From contig OZ320319.1 in NCBI GenBank assembly GCA_976226885.1, forward strand, positions 75,640,001-75,704,000: DNA of 64,000 nucleotides. Direction: 5' to 3'. This DNA comes from Iphione sp. A-MEVVRFRX5. Taxonomy: Eukaryota. Each line of letters starts with the position of its first letter. Position 1 is the first letter of the stretch. The position numbers and the translations under genes are program-made. This document shows positions 49,324-63,613 of this stretch, piece after piece. Below the pieces are notes generated by a model. The model was not told the origin of the DNA and made no database searches. It worked only from the letters and a program-made list of their open reading frames with translations.

Positions 49324-49815
49324 GACACTGTTCAAATACAACCAGATTTTTCTGCTCCGCATCCGCATGCGGGTCCGGATTTTCTTTCCAGCATATACAG
49401 TGGAGTCTCTATTTACGACCACCACTTGGTACCAAGGTGAACTGGTCGTAATGGTGAATATGGTCGTAAATAGATAATCATTAACTATAGATATCATTAC
49501 TTTTGTTCCAGGTTGTACTGGTCGTAATAACAAGAATGGTCGGAAATTGATGTAGTCGTAAATAGAGACTCCACTGTACTCATCTATTGTTGGTGTTCAC
49601 ATGCATGCGGATGTTTCTGTGTCCGCACACGGGTGCAGATTTACTATCCATGTTTCATGGGTTTTGCCCAGACCCAGACACAGATTCCATAGAAGCCTAT
49701 AGTAAAGTACATCTGGTGAGCATATGTTGGCAATTAACAATGATCTCTGTAGGGGCTTTCCTCCGCACCCGCATACAGAGCCAGATTTTTCGTCTGGTCA
49801 TATGTGAACAGGGCC
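49324..49815. mobile_element. Degenerate MITE (imperfect GGCCCTGTTCACA-type termini) interrupted by a younger MITE
   Basis: taa|gacactgttcaaatac vs tatgtgaacagggcc|tta; a related element lies at ~52378-52690. Confidence 0.5.
49398..49576. mobile_element. Tc1/mariner-type MITE, 179 bp
   Basis: Perfect 22-bp TIR CAGTGGAGTCTCTATTTACGAC with TA on both sides. Confidence 0.9.
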
Positions 49816-52800
49816 TTACATCTAATGCAGTCTTGATTCTATATCCATACATCGTTCCTAATCAAAAGATCTTTTGATCGAGGAAACGATATGTTTGTGA
49901 CCTTTTGACCAATTGTCCACACCTTCATAATTTGGTGCGTTTACCAGACCTACATAATCTGTTAACACGCTGGATTACCCAGGGATGGACAAACGTTTTG
50001 TAACCTACAGTGTCTCCAGTTGAAAAAAAGTCTCTATTCAAGGCCTGTGCCTGGCAACGCCTTTCGATTATAAACGTAGTTTTTTGCACCTCAAAACCAG
50101 TCCCTGGCATTATTCGTAATGATAAACGTCCTTCTTCGAGACATGCGTGTGTTCCCACCAGCCAGTCAATGCCCAGCTCACAGCCAACTCACCAACTCAG
50201 ACTTAAGCCCCTTCTTTTCGCCTAGACCCTACCCCTGTCTCTGCCATCTTTACTCATAAATGCATGAGTGGCTCTCTCCTACAGGAGCGCCTCCCTCGAG
50301 GCGCTCAGTGAGAAGATTCTAACATCTTGGGCTTATTATAGAAACACGTTGTAGGGCGCCAACCCATTGGCCCCCAGAGTCCGGCCCCACCTATCATAAC
50401 ATCCCTGGTCCTCTGCTCTCCAACGCAAATGCTTTCCACTCCACCAGAAGCTGGGATCTCGTACACGTATGGCCTACTGACTTCAAGAACACAACGGGGC
50501 ACCTCTTCTTTATATCCCTCGTGTTTTTTCATAGTCATTTGGTGTCCTGCCAACCCCCAACCCATCCCCCCACGCCCGATTACAACCTCTGTTCCCCAAC
50601 TTACTGCAACCTTTTTGACAGCTCAGTTTCGTTTAAAGGTTGTCATTTGTTGTCAATGAGTCGGATTCTTATTTACGTTGTATGGATGTAAATATTAGTC
50701 ACAGGCTCCCCATCATGGCACATTATTCAGTTCAAATTTCAATTAGTTCGAAAATCCATCAGCTGTTGATACCTTTCTATTTAAGAAAATTCAATCATGC
50801 GTCATATTTCTGGTGATGTATTTTCAAAGCTTCAGATAAAAACAATGCACGAATGGCAAGGACATGCATCGCTGGAAAAAGGTCGGACAAATAAAGTAAA
50901 GATGGGTGGAGATACATTGCATCAACAATTATGATTCAGCCAAATGGGAATGTGCGTAATTGCATGAATTTATTGTAGAATTCTAGGATTTATGCTTCGC
51001 AAGGGAAAGGGGGTGCAGGTAAAGAACTAAAGTAAAGAGAGAGGGGAAGGGAGTAATAGGGAGGGATCATGGAAAAGAGAGCAGGAGAGAGAGTGGGAAT
51101 GGAAAAGAGTTTCTCTCTCTTTCGTATCATTTCGTCCTTCCTTTCCATGCATCCCTCCTTATCCCTCCCTCCCCGTCTCCTTCCATTTTCCCCTTTGTCG
51201 ACATACATTAGAATACAATGCAAAATTAAGTTTTGCGCATAAGAGGATTGCATAAACTTGACAGAGAATTAATTTAAAATCCAACATGCACAGGATAGTT
51301 CCAAACCTGCACACAAATTCCGCCTTGAGACGGTATCGCTGATGTATGTGAACGTAGTTTGGAAATGCGTCCAGATACTGTAACAGTTGATATAAAGATT
51401 GCCAAGGGCATTTGACTCCTTGAAGGTTCCATAATTATTACTAGATAATAACAGTTATTGGCCTATCTCCAGGACGCTTGTGGGGAAGTTGCATGTACGG
51501 GTACCTGCCATGGATTAATAATGGGTTTTTCCTGAGGGACGTCATCACTTCTTAGTGAATGTGTACCTATGAGAAAGCTTTGCACTGCCAGATGCCGGAG
51601 GTTGGCCCAACCACTGTAACCCTTGACTGGGGGGCGAGTGACGGTGGTACCGTGAGCGCCCGTCATGCCTGGTTGCGCACCCACTCATGTGAGGCTCACT
51701 GACATCTGTCAATCATTGTTATGTTTGTCACCACCACTTGAGGATTGCCCACCATGGTTACCCCAGCCCCACATAAAATATAGCTTGGGGAGGAAGGCCT
51801 GAACATGGCCTTTTTATTTGTGAGCACCTGAGTTTGAGATCAGAGAGCCAGAATAATCCTCGTTGGAGGTGCAACTGAGTGACCTACCCTGGAACCTAGT
51901 TCCCCTTCACAGACTTTACACCAGTGAACTACATGGCAGCACAGTGGTGGTATCCCAAGCCACTGTAACCCTGGTGAAAGGGGCTGAGTGACAGGTACCT
52001 AGTGAACCCATCACTGCTGACCACAACTCCCGAATTGGGCTGCCTTCCCAGCGAAGCCCCAGATGCAGTCTCCAATACCGCAAACCTGCAATGAACGAAC
52101 ACATGGCATGTACACATTTTACAATTTGTTGTTTTTCAGTGATCAACCAGTTTGACTTTATGATATGTGCATGTAAAGCCATAACTTAGCTGCGTATTTG
52201 TTGATGTTGAATGATTGTTACGAGGTTATGATCTTTCATTATCCAGACCTCTAGGTCATATCTCCTAGATACGTTGCCACACCTAGGGTAGTGGATAGTG
52301 ATGTTTGATGCAATTTTGTAACGAATGCAACTTTCATTCAAACCCGCAGCCCTTTAATGTATATTTTGTTTACAGTAAGGTGCTATTCACATGCAGCCTG
52401 ACAAGAAATCTGGCCCCGTGAGCCGACATGGAGAAACCCCCCCTGCAAAGAACATCATTAATGACTCACAGATGGTCACCAGATGTATTTTACTATAGGT
52501 TCCTATGGAAATCCACATCCGTGTGTGGATTTTTCCATGTCACATGAATAGAAATCCTCATCCGTGTGTGGACGCGGAAAAATCTGTATGTATGTGAATA
52601 CTTCAAGAGATTGGAGTGGGTTTGTAAAAACTCTGTGCCTGTGTGCAGACACAGAACGGAAAAATCTAGTTATATGTGAACAACCCCTAATGGATACATT
52701 CATATGAGTGTCTGAATGGGCAAACCTTGACTTGAACTGTCCTTTTCGTCTGTGTCTAATCATAATGCTAACTAATGCATTGGCATAAAGTGAACCCGTC

Positions 52801-53076
52801 CAGGTTGGATTTTAATGCTAATTCACACACATTCCTCTAAAAAAATACCCCAATGCGTAACTTATGCTGTATCGGACAGTATGTGCATGTAATGGTCCCT
52901 AACGTTTGATATATATTCCTAATGAAAGTCCTTTCCAGACAAATCTTAAAGCTGTTCCTCCCAGCACAAAATGACGAACCTGGAACCATCTGTAAAGACC
53001 CAAAGCTCTTACTGAAAACAGTCGCTGCCCCGACTTCTTAGCCTTCGGCGATAGGACACCCGCCACGAATCTCCCT

Positions 53077-54223
53077 CCCGCCAGGTGGCGCTTGGATGTG
53101 GTGCCCCGGGTTCCCGCCCGCATCACGTGGAAATCGGCGGTGCGCTTTTCACCCAAAAGATGCTGGCCCAAGGTTAGGATCTGCGTCAAGCACTATGGGC
53201 ACAATGTCAGCCCTGTGTGAATGCACTGTAATATCCGTACGTCAAACCACATTAAGCCCACTGTTCAAACGATTAGACACACAAGTAGTTTTTAGTGATG
53301 AATTTAACTATGCTCTAAGGTTCTGGCGAGGTTTCCTTGTATTTTTGCTGAGGTTTTTTCTTCCCTCTCTCCCTGTGTTCTCCCATCTGTATCTCACCTT
53401 TACTCTCGTATCCTTTCTCGCTATTACTTCTTGCGGCTCCCCACTCACACACATATATTTCGAAATGGACCTATTTCTAATCCATGATATCAGACGGTGC
53501 TGATGTATGTTCCATGTATTTCTATCGGTTCAGTTTCTATTGCACATATGTGTACTATTCTAAAGGGTACCTTGCTCTCTTGAAATTTCACTAAAATTTT
53601 CTTTCTACGATAGTAATAACCAGGTAAATAAAAACGGAGATAAAAGAAATCTGTTTGTTTGTAAGAAATGTTCCTCAGCACAGGTAAGACTTCATCTGAC
53701 GCGAAAGGAAAGATTGATGGTTTATGGTACGATGAAGTCTCAGACCCCACATGTGCACTCCAATCCATAAGCGCCAGTATCTTATGGTTTTCCCAACCAC
53801 CCCGAAACCTCCACCTAACCTTCCCTGACACCGAAAACTTGCACAGCGTCTTATTTCTCGGTGCTGAGACGAATCGCCAAGTGAGCGATAATAGCCCCAT
53901 GTGAGCCGTCGTTATCACTTCCGCAGCAAGGGGGCGTCGTTAGCGGGGGAGGGGGGGAGGGTTTCCTCTATCACGTGACATTGGCCAGACCATAGAGGTT
54001 AGAAGTTCTGAGATGGCTCAGGTGGGATTGGACAGAGATTCGTGTCTGGCGTGATGGCTGGATGGCTAGGTCAGCCGAGGGAAGGGCAAGAGTTTCGGAT
54101 GCATGGAAGGGTCGCCGAAAATGGTTAATTGCGAAAATTACGCCGTTGAGGTGGGTTGGCAGGCTTGTTGCGCGATTAGCGAGACGTGTGAGAAGAGTGT
54201 GGCCTGTGGCGCCATCTGGTGGC
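53077..54223. promoter_or_regulatory. CpG-enriched intronic region with CTCF-consensus motifs
   Basis: CCCGCCAGGTGGCGCT (53077-53092, +) and GCCACCAGATGGCGCC (54223-54208, -): convergent orientation. Confidence 0.4.
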
Positions 54224-56761
54224 GGCGACATGAATCATTTTGAGGCATGCGCGCCGGCAACTCCACGCCGCTTCCGTCTGGCTAATTTCCTCTCCCTGGA
54301 TTTGTTCTCGCGTCGCTTAAACTCATCAGAAAGGTTACCTAAGGGGGATAAGGAGGAACGTCCATGCCACATAACTCCTCCGTCTTCTACCCTAACCTCT
54401 AGGTCTCCACTCTTCCATTTTATCCTTTTTTTTGTCACCGTGGAGGAATCCCGTGTGTTGTTTAGTTCTGCATCATATTTCCCCCGTTCATCATGTAGTC
54501 CATATTCTTTCTCCTCCAGTGTTACCATATTTCGTCCAAACTAACGTGACCTGAGCACCACGGCCTCAAGCCTCAAGTATCATACATATTTTTGCCTACG
54601 TGTACATGTATGTATCTCATATACATGTGCATATACATGTACAGTATGTATGTACACATCATGAGTGCGTTTCTTTGAAATGCCGTCTCCGCTGGTACTC
54701 TTCCCCTTCCTTGCCTACAGAGCTACACCCATCTTATCGGGCTCACTGCTGTTAATCAATCAGGAGTTCGTGACAGAGGGCAATCCGCGCTGACGAGATA
54801 AGGTCCACTCATTTACCCGTTATCACCACACCACGCTGGCAGAGAGTACTGACATCTGTTGGTGGGAACTGATCGCTTATGTGGTTTAAACATCGACAGA
54901 GAACACACCGGCGCATCTATTTTTCGTTGGCGGTAATTGCGCCCTCCTTTACCACCACCACCCCCTCCCCCTCGCTCGCTTGTGTTTTCTCCTCGTCTCC
55001 TTCGGCAGGTGATCTATGTACCCATAATTTTAGAATGTATTGTACATGTACTGTCCGTCATTGTGTGGATCAAGATCCTGGTTATGCTTTTGTATACGAT
55101 TAGGGCGTTTTCCTCCCATATCTCGTTTCTACATCTGGCTGGCTTTCTCTTGTGTATGTTCTCAATTTTTTCCTTTAAATTTACTTTTCTGTCAAGTTTG
55201 GCGCACTTCACATTCCGTAGCATAAATGGTCTCTTTCATTTCCGAAAGTTCCTCCGAAAATAATGAAGAACATCTTCGAAAGAAGTGTAGACTAAAGCTG
55301 GAACGGTCTGGATGGGAAAAGTGTGACTCTTAAGGACGGCTAATTTGATAGATGGAAAGAGCTGTCCTCTTTGCGCTGGTTGCCAGAAGTAGTTTCTGAG
55401 GCATCAAGAGAGCAGATGAGCATTAAACACATGCCCACAAGTTGGTAAAGTGAGCCGCGTCTGTTCTGTATCCGCCGTAGTCAACAAGGAACGTGGTGAT
55501 GTAAGAAGTCCAAGTCAGTACTTTTCCCCCCAAACTATTTAGCTAATGCCGCTCATCACCAGGGGGAAGAAGCACAGGCGCCGCAGCTATAGACCTGACT
55601 GTGCTATCCGAGCAACCCCATGAAGAGAATCTCCTAAGTTCACAGGCACCAGGGATGGAACCAGTGGGGAGTCCGTCAACTCGCCTGTCTTCGCCGGGTT
55701 TGTTGTGGCCTGGCTTGTCTTCTAGTTTGGCTTTTGGAAACAAGAAAAACCGTCATCATTACTGTTCAGCTATAACCTGGCTCGCCTAGCCTCTATTTTG
55801 TAACTCCAAGTCTCGTGGATAGTCCGTGAATGGCTTGTGCTAGGCAGTTAACACTTTGGAGGAGTCCTTCTCTTTCCTGCTGTCTACCACTTCTTTTTTT
55901 CATTGCCTTACATATTTATCCCTACCTATGTGTCTGGACGTAACACCTAAACAAATATCTGTGTTTCCGGTAATATGCTAAAGATATAGAAGGTTGGTTG
56001 GTATTTTTTTTATTTTTCATTTTTGTCTTCAATATTAAAGCATCCTAAAGATAACAAATGTATATATGGTAATATCACTTCCACTGCTTAGATCTTAAAC
56101 GTATATCAAATGGAAGCTAGTGATCTAAGGAACAATGAGGTGTATAATATATGCTGCTATCCTTATTCACTTCAGAGATATTCACAAATCAAAAATAAAA
56201 AGTTCCATTGGGACCAAAATAAGGGTCCGTCAGGTTAACAGAAACATAGGATCTTTTTTTATGAGGCCTTAATTAAGTTCATAGATTATTTGTTAATCAT
56301 TCATGCCTATGTTTTCGTACCCTTGATACAGTCACATACCCAATGGCATTTCTCTGTACCCATTCAGGGCAGGTTATCATGTCTCTCAGACTAGTATACC
56401 ATAGGAAAGCATTGTACAAGACACCTGTTGAGCATGTGGTCCTATATCATCATGTACCTCTACGGGAGGCATCATGTAAGCATGAAAAATATAACAGATA
56501 CATGTGAACAGGGCCTAAAAGCTGCAACAGCATGGACATCACGCACCCCAGTACTGTAACGTCCATGACGACGCCCTATTGGGGCAAATTATCTGGAAAT
56601 AAATATTTTTTAATTCAATTCAATACCAACGCATCTGAGAATGACAGCCATGAAAAGAAGACCATATACATCGAAAAAGGACCTTAATAATGTGGCAAAG
56701 TGCATATCGGGCAAGGATTTTGAACTCTGGAGTCTAGTAATCTTCTCACAGAAAATAGGGT

Positions 56762-56850
56762 GGGGAGTTAGTTCAGTTGGTAAGTAAATGTAGTGCTGAC
56801 TAGTACTGATCCACTGATTGAGAGGTCACAGGTTCAATCCCAGGCCTAGG
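56762..56850 (+). mobile_element. tRNA-derived SINE head or tRNA pseudogene
   Basis: A-box TAGTTCAGTTGG (56769-56780) and B-box GGTTCAATCC (56831-56840); no clean cloverleaf. Confidence 0.55.
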
Positions 56851-56989
56851 ACTTTTGGTCAAGACCAGACAGATTTACTGTAGCCCCAACCCAAAGTAGT
56901 CCACAACTCATAAAAAAAAGACCACGGTTATATAGGATTCTGTCCCCTATGCACAAAAAGTCCCAAGAAACCTATTAGAAATAAGAGTA

Positions 56990-57678
56990 CAGTATAACCC
57001 CTCTACAGCGGACATCAGTGGGACTGGCCTTGAAGAAGTGTCTGATGTCGGGCATGTCCGCTGTGTCCAGGCTACCCCTTCTACCTCTCTCTCTATCAAG
57101 TGTATGAAAGAATAAGCAAACCATAATCCAAGGTTACTAATTTATTTATGTCTGAATAAATAAAACCTATATACGATGTACAATATACAATACATAGAAA
57201 GTAAATATATGCATCTGTAATCAAATCAAAAGGGAAGTAAATAATGTCTATGTGCAGTTTATACCTTCTTAAAAAATGATGTGATGGATGAGGGAAGGAC
57301 GGCAGCAGTAGACTGAAGGGCGGGCAGCGGCAGAGGGAAGGTCGGCAGGGGCAGACTGAAGGGTAGGTGTCCGCTGTAGACATTGCGGGTGTAAGAGTCC
57401 TTCAAAGAAGGGTTCCTCCCGGGTGTCGGGATGAGGTCCCACCTCTCTCGGGTGCAAGAGTCCTTCAAAGAACCCCTTCAGGGTTTCAGGACAAGGTCAC
57501 GCCTCTCTCAGGTGGGACTAGATAAGAAGTGTCCGAAGGCGGGGTGTCCGCTGTCTCTGAGTGTCCGCTGTGTTTGGGCTAAAATAAACATGATATAAAA
57601 GGTTTTTGGTTGGGACTGAAGGAATCCACTGTAGGGGGCGTCTGCTGTGTCTGGGCATCTGTAGAGAGGGTTACACTG
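56990..57678. mobile_element. Tc1/mariner-type MITE, 689 bp, with an internal ~62-bp duplication
   Basis: TA|CAGTATAACCCCTCTACAG ... CTGTAGAGAGGGTTACACTG|TA. Confidence 0.8.
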
Positions 57679-59170
57679 TAGGAGACAACTCTGGGTATTC
57701 TGGTCCCTCCATTCTCAATAATAGATTGTAGTATGCTACCCTAGGAGGATATGGAAGTACAGATGATAGCTGAATATCTATTTCCTGGTTAAGCATACAA
57801 TGAAAATGAAAATGAAAAAATTCACAGTATCTCTTAGAAGATTGTGCTCATTTGATGAAAAAGACACATTCTAAGTGTCTTTTTTAATGTTTTACTTCTT
57901 TGTTTCACAGAGAAATTCGTTACATTCACACTGCCCAATATCGTAGGAAATCTGAAATTGTACAAAGATGAAAGAAAACAGGTGGTTGAATAGCATCACA
58001 ACTCATCAAATGAAGTAGTTTGGCTTTAATGCTCAAATGGGTAAACAGTGCAAGCTTTCAACCGTTAGGCTTTCATCAGGCAACTCTGATGAAAAAAAAA
58101 TACTTGTGTATTCATGTGTGCCTATTTTTGGTAAGGTACACAAATATGTACAACTATACTTGCATTCACCACCAAGTACGCCCTCTTTGAAGGAGTGTGT
58201 TGCCTTTTGCACAAAAGCGTCAACATCCGAGGATTTGAAGACTAATTTTTTTCAATGAGATTATGATCAATCCTATGTCTCAAGACATCAAGAATCTATG
58301 TTTGATTTTTCAGTGGATAGCTATTCCTTTTGGACTATAGCAATTAGAATAACGATGATTACACTGAAATCGGTCTATGGGATCTTTAATGATCTGGAAA
58401 AGGACTTTTATAGCATCACCAATTAGAATTATCAATTCATTTTTACTAGGCTTAACCATAGTTCCCCAAAACATGGCACATTTTGGATTGGGGAAGAATA
58501 AGGGAGAGTTTCCTTATGTGCACTGAGGTGCATTCACGTGCATTTGCTATCCGTTTGTGTTAGTATGCATTTTACATGCATTTTCCCTTAACGCTACCTC
58601 ATGAAAAGGGGTGGCTATGTATAGTGTGTTTATGATACATGAAATCTATGATAGATCTTTGATAGATGTATGAAAATGGCAATTTCCAGGGAGAAAGTGT
58701 GGAAAAATTGTAATGTACAGAAATATGCGGTAATCATGTTTTTCCATGTCTCTTAACATGATTTTATGATATTTTCCCATCTTCAAAGAATGTTTCTGAT
58801 ATACTACTGTCTGTTTTCTGTCTGTGTGCCTTAAATTATTGGTCAGAGATCATTAATGGATTCATGGACATTTGAGGACATTCACGCACGCCGACACATT
58901 TGGCACTCTCTGCTAGTCGTGAATGCATGTTTTGCCAACATACCCATGAAAGCATAATGTATGATACATGTACAAATGGATACAGTCCGATTGTTAATTA
59001 CCTTAATTCCCAAATTATGTGGTGAAATCACTACAGCATGGCCACAAAAATATGTGTACCTGGAAATTAGGCCTTATTTTTTACAGGCAATACACAATCT
59101 TACTGAAAACATTGGTAACGGCTCTCAGTACAATTCACCAATTACGATAACCCCTGCTTTTCTTTTGCAG

Positions 59171-59229
59171 ATTTGGCACCAATTTACCAATGTTCCTAGG
59201 TTTTGTGTTTCTCCTCCTCTCGTCCATAC
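59171..59229 (+). CDS. VMAT: VMAT-like coding exon 3
   Basis: ttttgcAG| (R)FGTNLPMFLGFVFLLLSSI(L) |GTAAGT; 59 nt, phases 2 and 1 fit the neighbouring exons. Confidence 0.92.
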
Positions 59230-60280
59230 GTAAGTAAAGCAAGATCTTAACTTCCTAAGAAAAAGACACCCGATATCGTTCTGTATTGTGTAACCATTCC
59301 CAACATTTTAGCTTGGAGTTTCATGACACATGTTAATGTGTGTAAAATGTCCGACTAATGTCGAGCGGAATGGTTCCGTACATAGTTTAAGCAGAATAAG
59401 CCTCTCTCTAATCGTATAAATGCTAGTCGTGTGACCTTTACTAATGATACAATTTGTCCCCTAGCGGCGGCGAAATGTGGCATTAGTTTCGCACCCAAGC
59501 CTGCTTTCGTTTAACGCCGCCACGTGGTCTTGTCAAAACGAGGCAGTGTCCAACCTTCATCTTCCGTGAAATCGATATGTCGTCTGGCTCGTTTGAGCGG
59601 GAACTACCGTAGATCTATGGCTCCAAACATGCGTATTGACACATGAAAGCGCCCAGTATCATTCCTGTAATTTGATACTTGAATAAAGAGTGACAAGTTC
59701 ATCATATTTATAGAAGAAATATTGTAAGCAAGATGGCCGGATGAATTATGTGTCTGTTCTGTGGACTTCGCGACGGGTACGGCCGTTTGAAAGTGCTTTC
59801 ACTGTACCATTCTTCTATTCATGTGAATACACATACATATATATCATTGGTGGGGAGGGTAAGCTACTAAAAATATATCAAGAAAAGTTAAGGTCTTTGA
59901 TCTTCATCTCAGTGGTGTGGGACGTAAGGATCATCCTGGCTACCAATTCAAAATAGTACCGACTATTTACAGTGCACTTTCATTAAGAGAAATTCTCAGG
60001 CTGATTTTGGTTACTAAATGGACACAGGTTCTTCATATATACTTGTGTATCTGGGCAATTTGTTTATGGTCCATCAAAAGTCCCTACCTTCAACGGGCTT
60101 TCCTAGGTATTTCTTTCAGAATATATGCATGTAATATGAATAAAAGCTGCCCTCTTTTCGACATGGACATGGATCTTCATATTTCTGTAATAATTCGTTC
60201 TTTCATTTCGGGCTTGACCGGTTCTTATAGATTCTCTAATCAATTATAGAGAAGAATCCCCCCTTTTCCTTTCTTTCCAG

Positions 60281-60364
60281 TGTATGCGTTCGGGGAGACC
60301 TATGGTGTGCTGTTTGCAGCTCGATCTGTCCAGGGCCTCGGTTCTGCATGCACAGCTATAGCCG
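60281..60364 (+). CDS. VMAT: VMAT-like coding exon 4
   Basis: ctttccAG| YAFGETYGVLFAARSVQGLGSACTAIA |GTAAGG; 84 nt. Confidence 0.95.
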
Positions 60365-61052
60365 GTAAGGTGTCAGGGCCCTTTTACTTAAGTTCACACG
60401 CTGGCAACTGATCTGTTTGGCGGTATTTTTAGACAGATCTGTTTGAACTAAAAACCACCAGATGTCCAGATTGAGGAAGATACAATAGGAAATATATTTA
60501 CAATGTATAAAACATTGATCCATTTGTTTAAGATGGGTCGGCCAAACACATACTTACCAGTAAAGCATTATGATACATGTAAATTCAATGTCTGCTCAAA
60601 AAATGCACTGACATCAACAGATCCCTTAGTGTAAGCAATGTGTGCATATAAAAAAACTGCCTCACTAATAAACAACAAAAGTAGCGTCCTTTTATGAACA
60701 AATGTCTTTTCACGAGGATCCCAGGCAACATCATTTTCTTAAAGAAAAAAACATAGTTGTTCATTTATTTCTTAGAATATATCGAGCAAATGTTACTGTG
60801 ACATGTGGATACTGTGACAACTTCATGAATTCGTACACTACATTTTATATATCTTACATTGTACGATTAAAAATATGAAGTACATGAAGGTTCAATACAT
60901 TTTTCACGAGACTTGATCATCAATACCAGCTGGCTGTCCATCAGACAGAACGTCTATGTACTTTCCTACCGATAAATGTAAACAAAGATTTCATATGTTG
61001 ACCCCCTGTGTGTAGTCTTTTGCTTCTGGTACATTTGATCGTATCATTACAG

Positions 61053-61145
61053 GCATGAGTATGTTAGCAGACACCTACACCGACGACAAAGAACGGAGCC
61101 GCTCCATGGGAATAGCTCTTGGTGGAATAGCACTGGGAGTACTCA
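61053..61145 (+). CDS. VMAT: VMAT-like coding exon 5
   Basis: (G)[30 protein letters not shown] |GTATGT; 93 nt. Confidence 0.96.
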
Positions 61146-62419
61146 GTATGTACATGGTCTTTTATCAACCACATGATTCACCCATGTCTTTCTCAGTCTT
61201 TCCCTGTACATGTAATTTGTCCGCTGCTTCATATCAATGTAACTGCCTTCTGAAAACGTCACCTCTCTTCATTCATTTACATGGAATCTGAACCCTTTTC
61301 GTTTGTACACATGTTTGAATGTTGTCAGCAAAATGTAAAATGTCGAAAGACAGAAAGAAAATCAGGCCTTTTTCTTTTTCCCTCATACTTGTCTATCATA
61401 CAGCAAGTTGTTGACTGACTGTTATTATGATAATAAAAGCAGTTTTATTCTTGGGTATTCACAAATTTCAAGTTGGCTAGAGCTAAAAATCAGATATGTT
61501 TTACAAGCAATCTTTACTGATGTTACTTTAGTTGTGAATTAGCATACAGACTGCTATGTCAGGCCCACATGTCCAGCGGGTTCAAGAGATCACTTCAATT
61601 TTTAATTTCCACTATCACAAAAACATGTATTGTTCAAGCTAATAGCAATACAGAACCAATAATTGAATAATGCTATAAGAGAAACCTTTAAACAATGAGG
61701 TTCTTTTAATAATAGAGTTCTATTTTGCAAACTGCACCTGGGTCAAAAAGGAAGCGCCCTATCCATACCGTTACTCGCATATGTGTATAACCCAAAATAC
61801 TGGACAATCAGCAATACCAGATCACCCAGGATACAGATAGAATCCAGACAAATCTAAATATGACCATATATCGCGGAATAAGAGCGGCCCTCATTTAAAG
61901 AAAAATCACCGTAGAAAGGCGACTATTCACATTAATAATAGTTTTATCTGTGTACGAGATCCTTCCTTACAAAGCCCTGTGTGGGAATTAAGTAAATAAT
62001 GGGATCTAATAGAAATGTCTCACAAGGATCTTTCTAAACCGCAGCTGCCCTTGCCTCATTCTCGAGGAGGTCTTTCCTGACCTCGGGAGATATGGCAAAC
62101 ATTCTCTGTTTTAGAACTTAACATGCAGCAGTGGAACAAAGCAGTGAGGAATCAGTAACTTATGAAAGGATTATGCTTCCTTTAACGTAAGGGAATGTGT
62201 TTTTTTTTCAATCGGTGATTGTTTCTTATTCTAAGAGACGTAATATGACGGGCTTACATGATAAAATATTTAAAAGGGTCTTTCAACTGTTCAACCATCC
62301 AAATTGCCAGCCACTAGTTTGATACTGGTGAATCCAACATTTCATGGATACTGCTCACTCGGCACTGATGACGGACGTACACTAAAATCTATTCTGACGC
62401 TCTTCCATTTCTTTTTCAG

Positions 62420-62509
62420 TTGGATATCCGCTAGGTGGCTTCATGTACCAGTTTGTCGGCAAGATGGCGCCTTTCCTGCTCATTGCCGCATTAGTGACGC
62501 TGGAGGGCG
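62420..62509 (+). CDS. VMAT: VMAT-like coding exon 6
   Basis: ctttttcAG| (I)[29 protein letters not shown] |GTAGGT; 90 nt. Confidence 0.95.
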
Positions 62510-63006
62510 GTAGGTGGCGCCCTGGGTAGACTAGACTGTGCACCTCATTATCCATGCCTGAAGTTGCTTTATTTTTTGCCGCACACGCGGTAGGGGACGG
62601 ACTATAAGATGACATTTACCACATGGACGCTGCAGACATTTCGTTCAATATGTGAGGAAATATAGAGGTTAGAAACTAGTTTCGACACCCATACACCTCG
62701 TGGTAACAGATATACACCTGGAGTCAATGCTTCTTGTGTCTCTATTTCTTTTAGACTCTGGTTTTGTATATGTATTTGTTTTAGGCGGTGGTAATCATTG
62801 ACCTGGAATGAAAATCATAGAATATTCACGAAATCCTCTTTCTCACCTCTGTGTTTCTGTCTTTGTGTAGGCAAATGAAGCTAGGAATTACAATTTTGCA
62901 AAGATATCCCTGATGGTAATGCTCAGATGTGTCGCAAATCTGAAAAGATCCATTAATATCTCCGTGCGCTTTCATTGTGTCAGTGACCTTCACGTGAAGA
63001 ACAAGC

Positions 63007-63008
<2 letters not shown>

Positions 63009-63066
<58 letters not shown>

Positions 63067-63077
63067 CGTGCGTGCGT
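63009..63077. repeat. (TG)n followed by (TGCG)n microsatellite
   Basis: Direct reading. Confidence 0.95.
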
Positions 63078-63613
63078 CTGTACTGCTCGTGAATTCAGAG
63101 AACTACCTTCCAGTCGTTTATAAAATAGTGGGTTATGCACAAAAGCCGAATGTGCTCTTACTTTCTGCTCAATTCATCTTGACAAGGGCAAGTCTAGGGA
63201 AGATGAGCATAAATTTATAGGAAATGTGTACTTTGTCGCATTAGAAATCATCCAGGTAATGAATAATGCCCAATTTTGAGTCGACGTGAAATATTCTGCG
63301 GTAGGGATAAATGAGGCGCAACCAAGATGGTCTGGACCAAGAAACATCTGAATTACTTCCCCCATTGATGTGTTTACGTAGTAGACGAAGTCCGAGTCAT
63401 GATGATTACGTGATATTAACTATGAGGACGGTAGGTGGCGCCCTGAGGATTTCATCTAGTATATCTATGCCTCCCGTCAATTGCGTAATTTGGCGATTAG
63501 ATCAAGAGGGTTCAGATCCGCGAGGCAAAGCAGAGGGGGATGAATCTAAAGGGTTCGGGATCACCATTCAAGGAACATTCAGTAAATAATAAGAATCAAT
63601 GTTTCCGTTTCAG

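Noticed and set aside
54553-54572. REST/NRSE-like AGCACCACGG
   Set aside because: Only the left half-site matches
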